A stretch of 64,000 bases of DNA from Anaerolineae bacterium (GCA_034435035.1 DAOTXW010000060.1:1586-65585); one strand, 5' to 3'. Positions 18,287-27,434 are shown, numbered from the stretch's first letter. Notes: generated from the sequence alone by a model not told the origin. Numbers and translations are program-made.

Positions 18287-19351
18287 GTGACTTACCCACC
18301 GCAGGCGCGCGGAGGACTCCGCGCCGGGCTGCTGGCCGGGCTGCTGACCCCGGTCTTCATGGGGATGGCGCCGATCTTCGGTAAGCTGGCAATCCGCTCT
18401 GGCCTGGATCCCTACACGCTGGCAGCGATCCGCACCGCAGCGGCCGCCGCGGTCCTGTGGGTAGTCTACCTGATCTTCTTCCGCCGGTTCATCTATATCT
18501 TCCCGGCCGGCCTGCTGGGCACGGCGGCGGTGGGGGCCGTCAACGGGCTGGGATCGCTGCTGTATTATAACGGCCTGCTCCTGCTGGATGACGCCTCGCT
18601 GGCCCAGCTGCTGAACATGCTGTATGTGGTCTTCGTCATGCTGCTGACGCGCATTTACGGCGGCCATATCTCACGGATCAGCCTGCTGCGCGGCGCCCTG
18701 GCTTTCCTGGCCGTCTACCTGCTGACGGGCTTCGACGGGGCGGGCCGCGGCGCGGTGCACTGGCTGGGCGTCGGGCTGATGATCGGTTCGGCCTTCACGT
18801 ATGCCTACCATGTCGTCATCGGCCAGCGCGGGATGTTCGAGATGCCCGCGCCGACCATGGCGCTGTACGCCCTGACGTGGATGGCGGTGACGGTGGTGCT
18901 GGGGCGTCTGCTGCTGGGCCGCTACCTGATGGGGTCGTGGGCGCCGGTGGTGCCGGCTGGCTGGCTGTTCGTGATCGGCCTGACGGCGGTCACCGCCCTG
19001 TCCCGGGTGACCCTGTTCGCTGGCGTGCGGAACCTGGGCGCGCTGCAGACCCTGCTGCTCAGCGCTGCCGAGATCGGCGTGACCCTGCTGGCGGCCTTTC
19101 TGATGCTGGGCGAGAGCCTGGCGCTGCCCCAGTGGATCGGCGTGCTGGTGCTGCTGGCGAGTGTGGCGCTCTCGCGCTGGGATTCCGATATCCGCGATGC
19201 GGCCTACCGCCCGCTGCTGGTGCCCAGCCCGCTGGGCGGCCTGCCGCTGGGCAGCACGCCCCTGACGCCCAACCGCTTCTCCACCATCTCCCGTCTGTAC
19301 CGCCGCCGCCCGCGCTCCAAGCTGGCCGATGCGCCGCCCGGCCCCACCTAG
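18287..19351 (+). CDS. EamA/DMT-family transporter (10-TM drug/metabolite exporter type)
   Basis: Two-fold repeated 5-TM hydrophobic pattern. The N-terminus ..GMAPIFGKLAIRSGLDPYTLAAIR.. is typical of EamA domains. Its stop shares a CTAG palindrome with the convergent gene. Confidence 0.75.
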   Translation: MTYPPQARGGLRAGLLAGLLTPVFMGMAPIFGKLAIRSGLDPYTLAAIRTAAAAAVLWVVYLIFFRRFIYIFPAGLLGTAAVGAVNGLGSLLYYNGLLLLDDASLAQLLNMLYVVFVMLLTRIYGGHISRISLLRGALAFLAVYLLTGFDGAGRGAVHWLGVGLMIGSAFTYAYHVVIGQRGMFEMPAPTMALYALTWMAVTVVLGRLLLGRYLMGSWAPVVPAGWLFVIGLTAVTALSRVTLFAGVRNLGALQTLLLSAAEIGVTLLAAFLMLGESLALPQWIGVLVLLASVALSRWDSDIRDAAYRPLLVPSPLGGLPLGSTPLTPNRFSTISRLYRRRPRSKLADAPPGPT

Positions 19352-20163
19352 CCGATCGCGTAACCCGCGAACCGGTCGGGGATCAGCACCGCTGTCTCCG
19401 GGCTGAGTGCGCGCACCCGGCTGGCGAAGGCCGCCAGATCGATCCGCCGCAGCGTCGGGATCAGCCCCGCCGGCGGGACGATCATCGGCCGCACGGGCCG
19501 ATCCAGCGGCTGGAACATGTCGTCCCAGTGATTGGGCAGCACCAGCCGGGGCCGGCAGCCCGCCAGGATGGCCCCCAGCCGCGCCGGGGACGCGTCCGCG
19601 CCGATCAGCAGCACGTCAGCCTGAACCGCCGGCTCCGCCTCGATCCCGCTGGCCACCAGCACGCTGACTCCCTCCGCCTCCACCCGGAACGAGAGCAGAC
19701 TGTCCATCCGGTAATCGCGGGCTTGCAGCGGCGGCCGCAGGCCGGGGCGCAGCGGGCCGGTGTACGGGATGCGCCCGAAGATGCGGCGGTGACGCGAGCG
19801 GTAGACCGTCACCCGGAACGGGCCGCAGGCCAGCGCATCGCCCGGCCCGATGCCGCGCAGCCGATCCGCGGGGACGCCCAGCAGCGCCAGCAGAGCGCAG
19901 CCCTGCGGGGAAGCGTAGATCGACGCGCCGGTCAGACGGGCGGCCTCCGGCACGTCCATCAGGTGATCGTAGTGGGCGTGCGTCACCAGCAGATGCCCGG
20001 CAGGCGGGGTATGGTGAGCAATCGCGGCCGCGTCCGGGATGGCCCGCCCCAGCGCCACCTGCCGCAGCGGCAGCCGCGTGAAGTACGGGTCGATCAGCAG
20101 CCGTCCGTCCGGGTGCTCAAAGTGCCAGCCGGCGGCCCCCAGGTAGCGCAGCGTGATCGCCAT
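19348..20163 (-). CDS. MBL-fold metallo-hydrolase
   Basis: LRYLGAAGW..IDPYF.. beginning and an HxHxDH motif (LLVTHAHYDHLMD). Confidence 0.8.
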   Translation of the reverse strand: MAITLRYLGAAGWHFEHPDGRLLIDPYFTRLPLRQVALGRAIPDAAAIAHHTPPAGHLLVTHAHYDHLMDVPEAARLTGASIYASPQGCALLALLGVPADRLRGIGPGDALACGPFRVTVYRSRHRRIFGRIPYTGPLRPGLRPPLQARDYRMDSLLSFRVEAEGVSVLVASGIEAEPAVQADVLLIGADASPARLGAILAGCRPRLVLPNHWDDMFQPLDRPVRPMIVPPAGLIPTLRRIDLAAFASRVRALSPETAVLIPDRFAGYAIG

Positions 20164-20166
20164 GCT

Positions 20167-21468
20167 TCAGACGATGCCGCTCAGCAGGGCGATCTCGGCG
20201 TGGTCGAGCGGCTCGTCGGCCATCGTCTTGCGGGCGATCTCCTGCGGGGTCACCAGGCTGCCCGGCTCGGCGGCCCGCATCGGCAGATCGGCCTGTACCA
20301 CATCCTCCAGCCGCCGCACCAGCCCCGCCGGCTCGGCGCCCTCCACCCAGGCCTGGATGGCGTCGATCACGGTGCGCTCCAGCACCAGCTCGGTATGCAC
20401 CTCGTTGACGTAATAGGCGGGCCGCCCCGGCAGCACGGCGGAGGCGATCGCTACGGTGCCGTCGCCGGTGTCGCTGCCCTCCCACATGCGGCGCAGCATC
20501 CCCATCAGCCCGCCCTCCAGCCGCACCGGCGTGTTATAGAGTGCGCCGGCAACGCAGTAGACCGGCGTCTGCGGGTCGGCGGCGGCGACCTGATCATGAT
20601 GGGCGCGGGCGCGCTCCAGATGGCCGGTATGGATCGGCACACCCTGCTGCGCCCAGGTCTGGGCATCCCAGATGTCCGAGCCGGGCACCGGGTCCCAGCC
20701 CGGATACAGGCCGCGCGGGGCCGGCAGGATCTGGTACAGGCTGGGCAGGGTCCGCAGCAGGCGCAGGGCGTCATTCTGCGGGTTGAGCGCCTCGATGATG
20801 GCGATCTTGGCATCGCCCGCGCCGCCGCGGGTGAGGAAGGTGACGGCGGGCAGCGCCCCGCGGAAGGGCGCGCCAAGCATGATCGCCCGCTTCACGCGGC
20901 GTTCGGCATGGGCGCGGGTGCGCTCGCCGGTCAGGTAGTCGAGCGCCAGCAGCCCGCCCAGGCTGTGCCCCACCAGCGTGACCTGTTCGAAGCCCGTCTC
21001 AGCCGTCTTTTCATCGATGAAGGCCCGCAGCGCGTCGGCCATGTCCCACGTCGCCAGCCGCCAGTCGTAGGGGAAGGTGGTCACCGCGTAGCGGGGCTGC
21101 AGGCCCAGCAGCAGCCGCGCGTAGACGATCCAGACCAGGCCCCGGGGCCGGACGCGCACCCCGGCCTGCGCCGCCGACCGCCCATCCGGGGCCAGATCGA
21201 GCCGGTTCAGATGGCCGCGCACGTAGGCCAGCGGGTTGATCCACAGCAGCTGGGGATCGTCGCCGGCGTCCTCCAGCGTGGAACCCATGAGGCCCGGCAG
21301 CAGCACGATCAGGGAATCGCCGCGCTTGCGGGCGGCTTCGGGCAGCCGCGCCAGGGCGCGCACCTCGGCGGCCCGCTGGCCCCAGAAGCAGGTCAGGTCG
21401 GCGTCGCTGGCCTGATGCGCGACGAACTGCCTCAGCTCATGCTCGCTCAGCCCGCTGATGCGGTTCAT
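20167..21468 (-). CDS. Lipase / LCAT-like alpha/beta hydrolase
   Basis: Nucleophile elbow VTLVGHSLGGLLA within an LCAT/PGAP1-like context (..YDWRL..). I prefer the ATG at 21468 (MNRISGL..). The upstream part of the ORF-track frame overlaps the preceding gene. Confidence 0.7.
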   Translation of the reverse strand: MNRISGLSEHELRQFVAHQASDADLTCFWGQRAAEVRALARLPEAARKRGDSLIVLLPGLMGSTLEDAGDDPQLLWINPLAYVRGHLNRLDLAPDGRSAAQAGVRVRPRGLVWIVYARLLLGLQPRYAVTTFPYDWRLATWDMADALRAFIDEKTAETGFEQVTLVGHSLGGLLALDYLTGERTRAHAERRVKRAIMLGAPFRGALPAVTFLTRGGAGDAKIAIIEALNPQNDALRLLRTLPSLYQILPAPRGLYPGWDPVPGSDIWDAQTWAQQGVPIHTGHLERARAHHDQVAAADPQTPVYCVAGALYNTPVRLEGGLMGMLRRMWEGSDTGDGTVAIASAVLPGRPAYYVNEVHTELVLERTVIDAIQAWVEGAEPAGLVRRLEDVVQADLPMRAAEPGSLVTPQEIARKTMADEPLDHAEIALLSGIV

Positions 21469-22345
21469 CTGAGACGTGGTATTCACGACGGTCGCTCCTT
21501 GGGCGTGAGAGAAACTCCTGCACGATGGCGTTGAACGCCTCCGGCTCTTCCAGCATTGGCATGTGCGCGCTGCGCGGCAGGACCTCGACCTGTGCGCCGG
21601 GGATGCGCCGGCTCCCCGCGGCGCAGGGATCGATCGGCAGCATGGCATCCTGCTGCCCCCAGATGATCAGGGCGGGGGGCTCCAGCGCCGCCAGCTCATT
21701 GAAGAAACGGCGCCGGCGTTTGTCCGGCAGGAAGTCGGCGGCCAGCATGCGCAGCCCCGGCCACCAGACCAGCAGCCCGCGGGCCAGGTTCACCTCGGAG
21801 ACCCGGATGATCGGCTCCCGCGCCGCTCCCCACGGATCGACAATCGCCAGCCCCTCCAGGGAGCGCAGCACGTAGGGGTCGGCGCGGCGCGTGGCAGCCG
21901 CTGCCAGCAGATAAGGCGTCCGCGGCAGCATCCGCGCCGCGGTGCCCCAGGGGAAGCTCTCGCTCAGCCCCACCGGGTTGACCAGCACCACCCGCGACAC
22001 CCGGCCCGGATGCGTCAGCGCCCAGGCGATGCTGAGCGCGCCGCCCAGCGAGTTGCCCATCAGCGTGACCGGCGGCAGCTCCAGCGCATCCAGCAGCCCG
22101 GTCAGCCAGCGGCAGTAGAAGGCCAGCTCGTAGGGCCAGCGCCCGCCCGCCGAGCGCCCGTGCCCCGGCAGGTCGGGGGCGATGACGGTGAAGCGGCCGC
22201 GCAGCGCCTCCACCGTATAGGTCCAGCACTCCGAGCTTGCGGCCCAGCCGTGCAGCAGGATAACCGGCGGCCCGTGCCCCTCGATGCGCACATGGGTGAG
22301 GATTCCATCCACGGGGATCATCTGGCCTGTGTCCATGGCGCCCAT
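21437..22345 (-). CDS. Alpha/beta-fold hydrolase
   Basis: HGPPVILLHGWAASS.., ..APDLPGHGRS.., GxSxG elbow LMGNSLGGALS. The start is uncertain (22345, 22336 or 22396). Confidence 0.75.
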   Translation of the reverse strand: MGAMDTGQMIPVDGILTHVRIEGHGPPVILLHGWAASSECWTYTVEALRGRFTVIAPDLPGHGRSAGGRWPYELAFYCRWLTGLLDALELPPVTLMGNSLGGALSIAWALTHPGRVSRVVLVNPVGLSESFPWGTAARMLPRTPYLLAAAATRRADPYVLRSLEGLAIVDPWGAAREPIIRVSEVNLARGLLVWWPGLRMLAADFLPDKRRRRFFNELAALEPPALIIWGQQDAMLPIDPCAAGSRRIPGAQVEVLPRSAHMPMLEEPEAFNAIVQEFLSRPRSDRREYHVSDEPHQRAERA

Positions 22346-22423
22346 TATGGCCCGGAGGGCGGGCCGGCGAAAGTCGGGCGCGGAGCGGCCTCGCACGGGG
22401 GCGGCGTCCCGCCGGAACCCGAC

Positions 22424-22451
22424 TTGATCTGTCAGGAATTATCGCTATACT
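22424..22451 (+). promoter_or_regulatory. Sigma-70-type promoter candidate for the cysK-cysE leader (TTGATC-16 nt-TATACT)
   Basis: TTGATC at 22424-22429 and TATACT at 22446-22451, in an intergenic region about 280 nt upstream of cysK. Confidence 0.45.
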
Positions 22452-22461
22452 CTCCTTCCGT

Positions 22462-22527
22462 ATGAACACCGCGATTGATGCGCCACTCTGGATGGGGGCC
22501 TGCATGTGTCCGGGGCGGGGCCGATAG
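22462..22527 (+). CDS. Candidate 21-codon upstream ORF (MNTAIDAPLWMGACMCPGRGR) in the cysK leader
   Basis: The ATG lies 10 nt after the putative -10 element, so the transcript would be near-leaderless. It has no SD sequence. It contains a Cys-Met-Cys run. It is too short for the ORF track and was read by hand. Confidence 0.25.
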   Translation: MNTAIDAPLWMGACMCPGRGR

Positions 22528-22734
22528 CCACCGCCGCGTCACGGGACTCCCTGCGCTAAGCGCCCGTTTGTTCCCTCAAGCAGCCAGCTGACGACGACCG
22601 GTGAACGGCCCCGCGGCGAAAGCCCCGCAGCCGCGTGCTGCCTGATGCGTGCATCGCGCCGGACTGCGCCGTTTTTGGCTGGCTGCTTGGCTGCTGGATC
22701 GTCGGCTGCACTGACCCGGACCTCTGGAGGGATC

Positions 22735-23670
22735 ATGAGAATCGCCAAGGATGTCACTGAACTGATCGGCAATACCCCGCTGGTGCGTCTGCGCCGGGTG
22801 ACCGAAGGCGCCGTCGCCGAGGTGGTTGCCAAGCTGGAGTTCTTCAACCCGGCCCACAGCGTCAAGGATCGCATCGGTGTGGCCATGCTGGATGCCGCCG
22901 AGCAGGCGGGCCGGCTGACGCCCGACACGGTGATCGTCGAGCCGACCAGCGGCAACACCGGCATCGCCCTGGCGTTTGTGGCGGCGGCCCGCGGCTACCG
23001 CTGCATCCTGACCATGCCGGAGACGATGAGCAAGGAGCGCCGCGCCCTGCTGCGGGCCTACGGCGCGGAACTGGTTCTCACCCCCGGCCCGGAAGGCATG
23101 GCCGGGGCGATCAGGAAGGCGGAGGAAATCGCCGCCGCCGACCCGCACAGGTACTTCATCCCGCAGCAGTTCGAGAACCCGGCTAACCCGGAGATCCACC
23201 GCCGCACCACCGCCGAGGAGATCTGGCGTGATACGGACGGCCAGGTGGATATCCTGGTCTCCGGCGTGGGCACCGGCGGCACGATCACCGGGGTGGGCGA
23301 GGTGATCAAGGCGCGCAAGCCCTCGTTCCGGGCCGTAGCCGTCGAGCCGGATGCCTCGCCGGTGCTGTCCGGCGGGCAGAAGGGGCCGCACCCCATCCAG
23401 GGCATCGGCGCGGGCTTCGTGCCCGGCGTACTCAATACGTCGATCTACGACGAGATCATCCGTGTCCGGGCCGATGATGCCTTCGCCACCGCGCGGCGCA
23501 TGGCCCGTGAGGAAGGGCTGCTGGTCGGCATCTCGTCCGGCGCGGCGGTCTGGGCCGCGCTGGAGGTAGCCCGCCGCCCGGAGAACGCCGGCAGGCTGAT
23601 CGTGGTGATCATCCCCTCGTTCGGGGAGCGGTATCTCAGCACGGCGCTGTTCGCCGATCTGATGGAATGA
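22735..23670 (+). CDS. cysK: Cysteine synthase A (O-acetylserine sulfhydrylase)
   Basis: [14 protein letters not shown]-lysine motif [33 protein letters not shown]. The ATG at 22735 is preceded by GGAGGG. The longer ORF-track start is unlikely. Confidence 0.93.
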   Translation: MRIAKDVTELIGNTPLVRLRRVTEGAVAEVVAKLEFFNPAHSVKDRIGVAMLDAAEQAGRLTPDTVIVEPTSGNTGIALAFVAAARGYRCILTMPETMSKERRALLRAYGAELVLTPGPEGMAGAIRKAEEIAAADPHRYFIPQQFENPANPEIHRRTTAEEIWRDTDGQVDILVSGVGTGGTITGVGEVIKARKPSFRAVAVEPDASPVLSGGQKGPHPIQGIGAGFVPGVLNTSIYDEIIRVRADDAFATARRMAREEGLLVGISSGAAVWAALEVARRPENAGRLIVVIIPSFGERYLSTALFADLME

Positions 23671-23687
23671 CGGGAGGGGGCGAAGGT

Positions 23688-24419
23688 ATGTTCAGGACAC
23701 TCCGGCAGGACCTTGACGCCGTTTTTGAGCGCGACCCGGCGGCACGCAGCGTGCTGGAGGTCGTGTTGACCTATCCCGGCCTGCATGCGCTGTGGGGGCA
23801 TCGCGCCGCGCACTGGCTCTGGCGGCATGGCCTCAAGCTGCCGGGCCGCCTGCTCTCGCACCTGATGCGCGGCCTGACCGGGATCGAAATCCATCCCGGC
23901 GCACGCATCGGCCCCGGCTTCTTCATCGATCATGGCATGGGCGTGGTCATCGGCGAGACGGCTGAGGTTGGCGCGAATGTCACGCTGTACCACGGGGTGA
24001 CGCTGGGCGGCACCACGCATGAGAAGGGCAAACGCCATCCCACGCTGGGCGATCATGTGGTGGTGGGCGCGGGGGCCAAGATTCTGGGCGCGATTGCCAT
24101 CGGCGATCACAGTCGCATCGGGGCCAATGCGGTGGTTGTCAAACCGGTGCCGCCGCATTCAGTGGTAGTGGGCGTGCCGGGGCATGTCGTCCGCCAGAAG
24201 CATCCCGCCGGCGCTGCCGGGACGGACCTCAACCACAACGTGCTGCCGGATGTGATGACCGCCCGTATCAACCTGCTGCAGGCCCGTGTGGAGCAGCTGG
24301 AGCGTCTGCTGGCGGCAACGCACGGGAGCGGCAACGGCGATGGCCACCGGCATCAGGAGGAGGTGGCGGATCAACTGGCCAGCCTGGCCGGTGGGGAGGT
24401 CGATGCGTTCCAGATCTGA
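23688..24419 (+). CDS. cysE: Serine O-acetyltransferase
   Basis: [20 protein letters not shown].. N-domain and left-handed beta-helix hexapeptide repeats ([28 protein letters not shown]..). An alternative start at 23667 forms an ATGA overlap with the cysK stop. Confidence 0.9.
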   Translation: MFRTLRQDLDAVFERDPAARSVLEVVLTYPGLHALWGHRAAHWLWRHGLKLPGRLLSHLMRGLTGIEIHPGARIGPGFFIDHGMGVVIGETAEVGANVTLYHGVTLGGTTHEKGKRHPTLGDHVVVGAGAKILGAIAIGDHSRIGANAVVVKPVPPHSVVVGVPGHVVRQKHPAGAAGTDLNHNVLPDVMTARINLLQARVEQLERLLAATHGSGNGDGHRHQEEVADQLASLAGGEVDAFQI

Positions 24420-24444
24420 CGCGCACCCCGCCGCCGCGACTGTC

Positions 24445-24473
24445 TTTACACACTGCCGGCTGTGTGCTAAAAT
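24445..24473 (+). promoter_or_regulatory. Near-consensus sigma-70 promoter (TTTACA-17 nt-TAAAAT)
   Basis: TTTACA at 24445-24450 and TAAAAT at 24468-24473 with exact 17-nt spacing. It stands out in GC-rich DNA. Confidence 0.6.
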
Positions 24474-24479
24474 ACTTTC

Positions 24480-24578
24480 GCACAACGTCGTGCGAACACG
24501 AACTGAGCGTAGCTCAGTTCGTTGTGCCTGTCTCCGGATAGCCGCTACCCCGATCGCCTGTTTGGGGCGGTTTTTTTT
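24480..24578 (+). ncRNA. About 100-nt structured leader or small RNA ending in an intrinsic terminator, immediately upstream of greA
   Basis: Hairpins TTCGCAC/GTGCGAA (24477-24496) and CGAACTGAGC-gta-GCTCAGTTCG (24499-24521). These are followed by a GC stem (CCGC..CCCC/GGGGCGG) and a T8 run at 24571-24578. The greA ATG is 26 nt further on. Confidence 0.5.
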
Positions 24579-24604
24579 GATCAGTGCACAGAGATTGAGG
24601 CTCC

Positions 24605-25093
24605 ATGGACGACCAGATCGTACATCTGACCCGGGAAGGCTACCAGCGTTTCGAGTCCGAGCTGAACTACCTGCGCGGGGTGCGCCGCAGCGAGGTAGCG
24701 GATCGGCTTCGCCAGGCGCTCGAAGAGGGTGGCGACCTGGTGGAAAACGCCGAATACGAAGATGCCAAGAACGAGCAGGCATTTGTCGAAGGCCGCATCC
24801 AGGAGCTGGAGATGCTGCTCAGCCGGGCGCGTATCATCGAGGCCGCCCTGCACAACGGCCCGATGGACACGGTTGCGCTCAACAGCATCGTGACTGTGCA
24901 GACGGCGGGCGAAGACCCGGAGAAGTTTCATATCGTCGGGGCGGCGGAAGCCAACCCGCTGGAGGGCCGCATCAGCGATGTGTCGCCGCTGGGCCGCGCC
25001 CTGATCGGCCGCCGCGTCGGGGACGAAGTCACCGTCAGCGCGCCGGACGGCGCGTTCACCTACCGCATCCTGTCCATCGAATCCGCCGAGTGA
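24605..25093 (+). CDS. greA: Transcription elongation factor GreA
   Basis: LTREGYQRFESELNYLR..RSEVADRLRQALEEGGDLVENAEYEDAKNEQAFVEGRIQELE coiled-coil and a C-terminal globular domain. GAGG lies upstream of the ATG. Confidence 0.93.
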   Translation: MDDQIVHLTREGYQRFESELNYLRGVRRSEVADRLRQALEEGGDLVENAEYEDAKNEQAFVEGRIQELEMLLSRARIIEAALHNGPMDTVALNSIVTVQTAGEDPEKFHIVGAAEANPLEGRISDVSPLGRALIGRRVGDEVTVSAPDGAFTYRILSIESAE

Positions 25094-25176
25094 TCGATCC
25101 GCCGGGGCGAGCGTGCCCGGTCACCGCCCCGGCGTGTACTTCCTGAACTCATTCCGCAGCCAGCGAAAGATCTCCT

Positions 25177-26712
25177 GTGTGGCAGCCTGAGAACAACGTC
25201 GAACGCGAACGTAAAGAGAAGCTCGATCGGCTGCGCGCGCGCGGCGTGGATCCCTATCCGCACCGCAGCGCGCGCACACATACCATCGCGCAGGCCGTCG
25301 CTGCCTACGAAGCCGCCGAAAGCCGCGCGCCCGCCGGCGCTGAGCCCGACCCGATCCCGGTCTGCGTGGCGGGCCGCATCGTCTCCCACCGGCCCAAGGG
25401 CAGGATGTCGTTTGGGCACATTGAGGATGGCACGGGCCGCGTGCAGATCTGGCTGAAGGAAGATGGGGTCGGCGGCGAGGCCCTGGCCCTGTTTAACGAG
25501 GATCTCGACCTGTTCGACTTCATCGAGGTGCAGGGCACGATGACGCGCACCCGCCGCGGCGAGGTGAGCGTGCTGGCCGGGTCGCTGCGCCTGCTGGCCA
25601 AGGCGCTCAGCCCGCTGCCGGTCATCAAGGAACGCACGCTGGAGGACGGCACAGTTCAGCGCTACGGGGAGTTCAGCGACCCGGAAGAACGCTACCGTCA
25701 GCGCTATGCCGATCTGGCCGTCAACCCGGAGGTGCGGCAGGTGTTCGTCACCCGCGCCCGCACCCTCAGTGCCCTGCGCCGCTTCTTCGACGGCGAGGGC
25801 TTTCTGGAGGTCGAAACCCCGATCCTGCAGCCGCTGTATGGCGGCGCGGCGGCCCGGCCCTTCATCACGTTCCACAACCAGCTCAAGCAGGACCTCTATC
25901 TGCGGATCAGCTTCGAGCTGTACCTCAAGCGGCTGCTGGTGGGCATGTTCGACGGGGTGTATGAGATCGGGCGGGACTTCCGCAACGAGGGGGTGGATCG
26001 CACCCACAACCCTGAGTTCACCCAGATCGAGTGGTACCGGGCGTATATCGACTATCACGGCGTGATGGCGATCACCGAGCGCATGATGCGCCAGGTGGCC
26101 GGGGACGTGCTGGGGGATACCGCCTTCAGCTTTCAGGGCCACCGGGTCGATGTCTCCCGTCCGTGGGAGCGCGTCACCCTGCGCGACGCCATCCTGGAGT
26201 TCAGCGGCATCGACTACATGCAGTATCCGGATGCCGACTCGCTGGCGCGGGTGATGCGCGAGCGCGGCAAACAGCCCCGGCCGGACAGCACCTGGGGCAA
26301 GCTGGTCGATTCGCTGCTGGCTGCGGATGTCGAGCCGCACCTGATCCAGCCCACCTTCATCATCGACTACCCCCGCGACATCAGCCCGCTGGCCAAGATG
26401 ACGCCGGACGATCCGCTGCATGTGGAGCGCTTCGAGTTCTTCATCGCCGGCATGGAGATGGGCAACGCCTTCACCGAGATCAACGACCCGCTGGATCAGG
26501 AGCAGCGCTTCCTGGACATGGGCCGCCTCTACGCGCCCGACAGCGAGGAGACGCACCCGGTGGACGAGGATTACCTGCGGGCGATGCGCTACGGGATGCC
26601 GCCCAACGGCGGCTTCGGTATGGGGGTTGACCGGCTGGTGATGCTGCTGGCTGACCGCCCCTCCATCCGCGAGGTGCTGCTGTTCCCGGCCCTGCGCACC
26701 CGCGAGGAGTAG
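25177..26712 (+). CDS. lysS: Lysyl-tRNA synthetase, class II
   Basis: N-terminal OB anticodon-binding domain (..VCVAGRIVSHRPKGRMSFGHIEDGTGRVQIW..). Class II motifs (..EVETPILQP.., ..YEIGRDFRNEG..THNPEFT.., ..GGFGMGVDRLVM..). GTG start. Confidence 0.93.
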   Translation: MWQPENNVERERKEKLDRLRARGVDPYPHRSARTHTIAQAVAAYEAAESRAPAGAEPDPIPVCVAGRIVSHRPKGRMSFGHIEDGTGRVQIWLKEDGVGGEALALFNEDLDLFDFIEVQGTMTRTRRGEVSVLAGSLRLLAKALSPLPVIKERTLEDGTVQRYGEFSDPEERYRQRYADLAVNPEVRQVFVTRARTLSALRRFFDGEGFLEVETPILQPLYGGAAARPFITFHNQLKQDLYLRISFELYLKRLLVGMFDGVYEIGRDFRNEGVDRTHNPEFTQIEWYRAYIDYHGVMAITERMMRQVAGDVLGDTAFSFQGHRVDVSRPWERVTLRDAILEFSGIDYMQYPDADSLARVMRERGKQPRPDSTWGKLVDSLLAADVEPHLIQPTFIIDYPRDISPLAKMTPDDPLHVERFEFFIAGMEMGNAFTEINDPLDQEQRFLDMGRLYAPDSEETHPVDEDYLRAMRYGMPPNGGFGMGVDRLVMLLADRPSIREVLLFPALRTREE

Positions 26713-26728
26713 GCCCCGCTCGGGCAGC

Positions 26729-26757
26729 TTGATCCCGTTCGCGAGGTGCGGTACGCT
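26729..26757 (+). promoter_or_regulatory. Promoter candidate (TTGATC-17 nt-TACGCT) for the SCO/PCuAC genes
   Basis: Hexamers at 26729-26734 and 26752-26757, about 40 nt upstream of the GTG start at 26799. Confidence 0.35.
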
Positions 26758-26798
26758 CCTGTTGAAGCATTGCGCAGGCGCCTTACTGGAGAATCCCC

Positions 26799-27434
26799 GT
26801 GAGGACTGAAGAACCCCGCCTGACGCGGCGGACGCTACTGATCGGCGGTGGGCTGCTGGCGCTGGGCGTGATCATCGCCCTGGGCATCCCCCTCGTCCTG
26901 TTGGCGATCACGCCGCATTTCGAAGGCTCCGCCTACGATGATCCGCCGATCGTCGAGGATTTCAGCCTGAGCCGCGCCGACGGCGGCACCTTCCGCCTGA
27001 GCGACTACCGGGGCCGGGTCGTGGCGCTGTACTTCGGTTACACCTCCTGCCCGGATGTCTGCCCGACTACGCTCTACGACCTGCGCCGGACGCTGGAGGC
27101 GCTGGGGCCCGATGCCGGCGAGGTGACGGTCGCCTTTGTGACGGTCGATCCGGCCACCGACACCCCGGAGCGAATGACGGACTACCTCTCATACTTTCAT
27201 CCGGCTTTCATCGGCTTACTGGGGACGCCCGCGGAGCTGCAGGCCGTCTACGATCGCTTCGGCGTGCAGGTGCTGCAGCCGGAGGAGACGGCCGGCGGCT
27301 ACGGGCTGGCGCATACAACCTCGGTGTTTGTTCTGGATCGCGCGGGCCGGCTGCGGCTGAGGCTGCACTACGGGGCCTCGCCGGAGAGCATGGCCCGCGA
27401 TCTGCGCATTCTTATCAAGGAGAGAGGATCGTGA
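26799..27434 (+). CDS. SCO1/SenC-family copper chaperone (thioredoxin fold)
   Basis: Signal anchor, then ..ALYFGYTSCPDVCPTTL.. (CxxxC) and ..HTTSVFVLD... Confidence 0.88.
   Translation: MRTEEPRLTRRTLLIGGGLLALGVIIALGIPLVLLAITPHFEGSAYDDPPIVEDFSLSRADGGTFRLSDYRGRVVALYFGYTSCPDVCPTTLYDLRRTLEALGPDAGEVTVAFVTVDPATDTPERMTDYLSYFHPAFIGLLGTPAELQAVYDRFGVQVLQPEETAGGYGLAHTTSVFVLDRAGRLRLRLHYGASPESMARDLRILIKERGS

Noticed and set aside
18877-21534. 885-aa ORF on the plus strand
   Set aside because: It overlaps the 3' end of the plus-strand EamA gene in another frame, then runs antisense to two and part of a third well-supported minus-strand hydrolase genes. Its composition is Arg/Pro/Gly-rich and it has no recognisable domain.
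24499-24527. tRNA-like string GAGCGTAGCTCAGTTCG, reminiscent of a tRNA D-arm
   Set aside because: It is simply one arm and loop of a perfect 10-bp hairpin. No acceptor stem, anticodon arm or T-arm can be drawn. I interpret it as part of the greA leader RNA instead.
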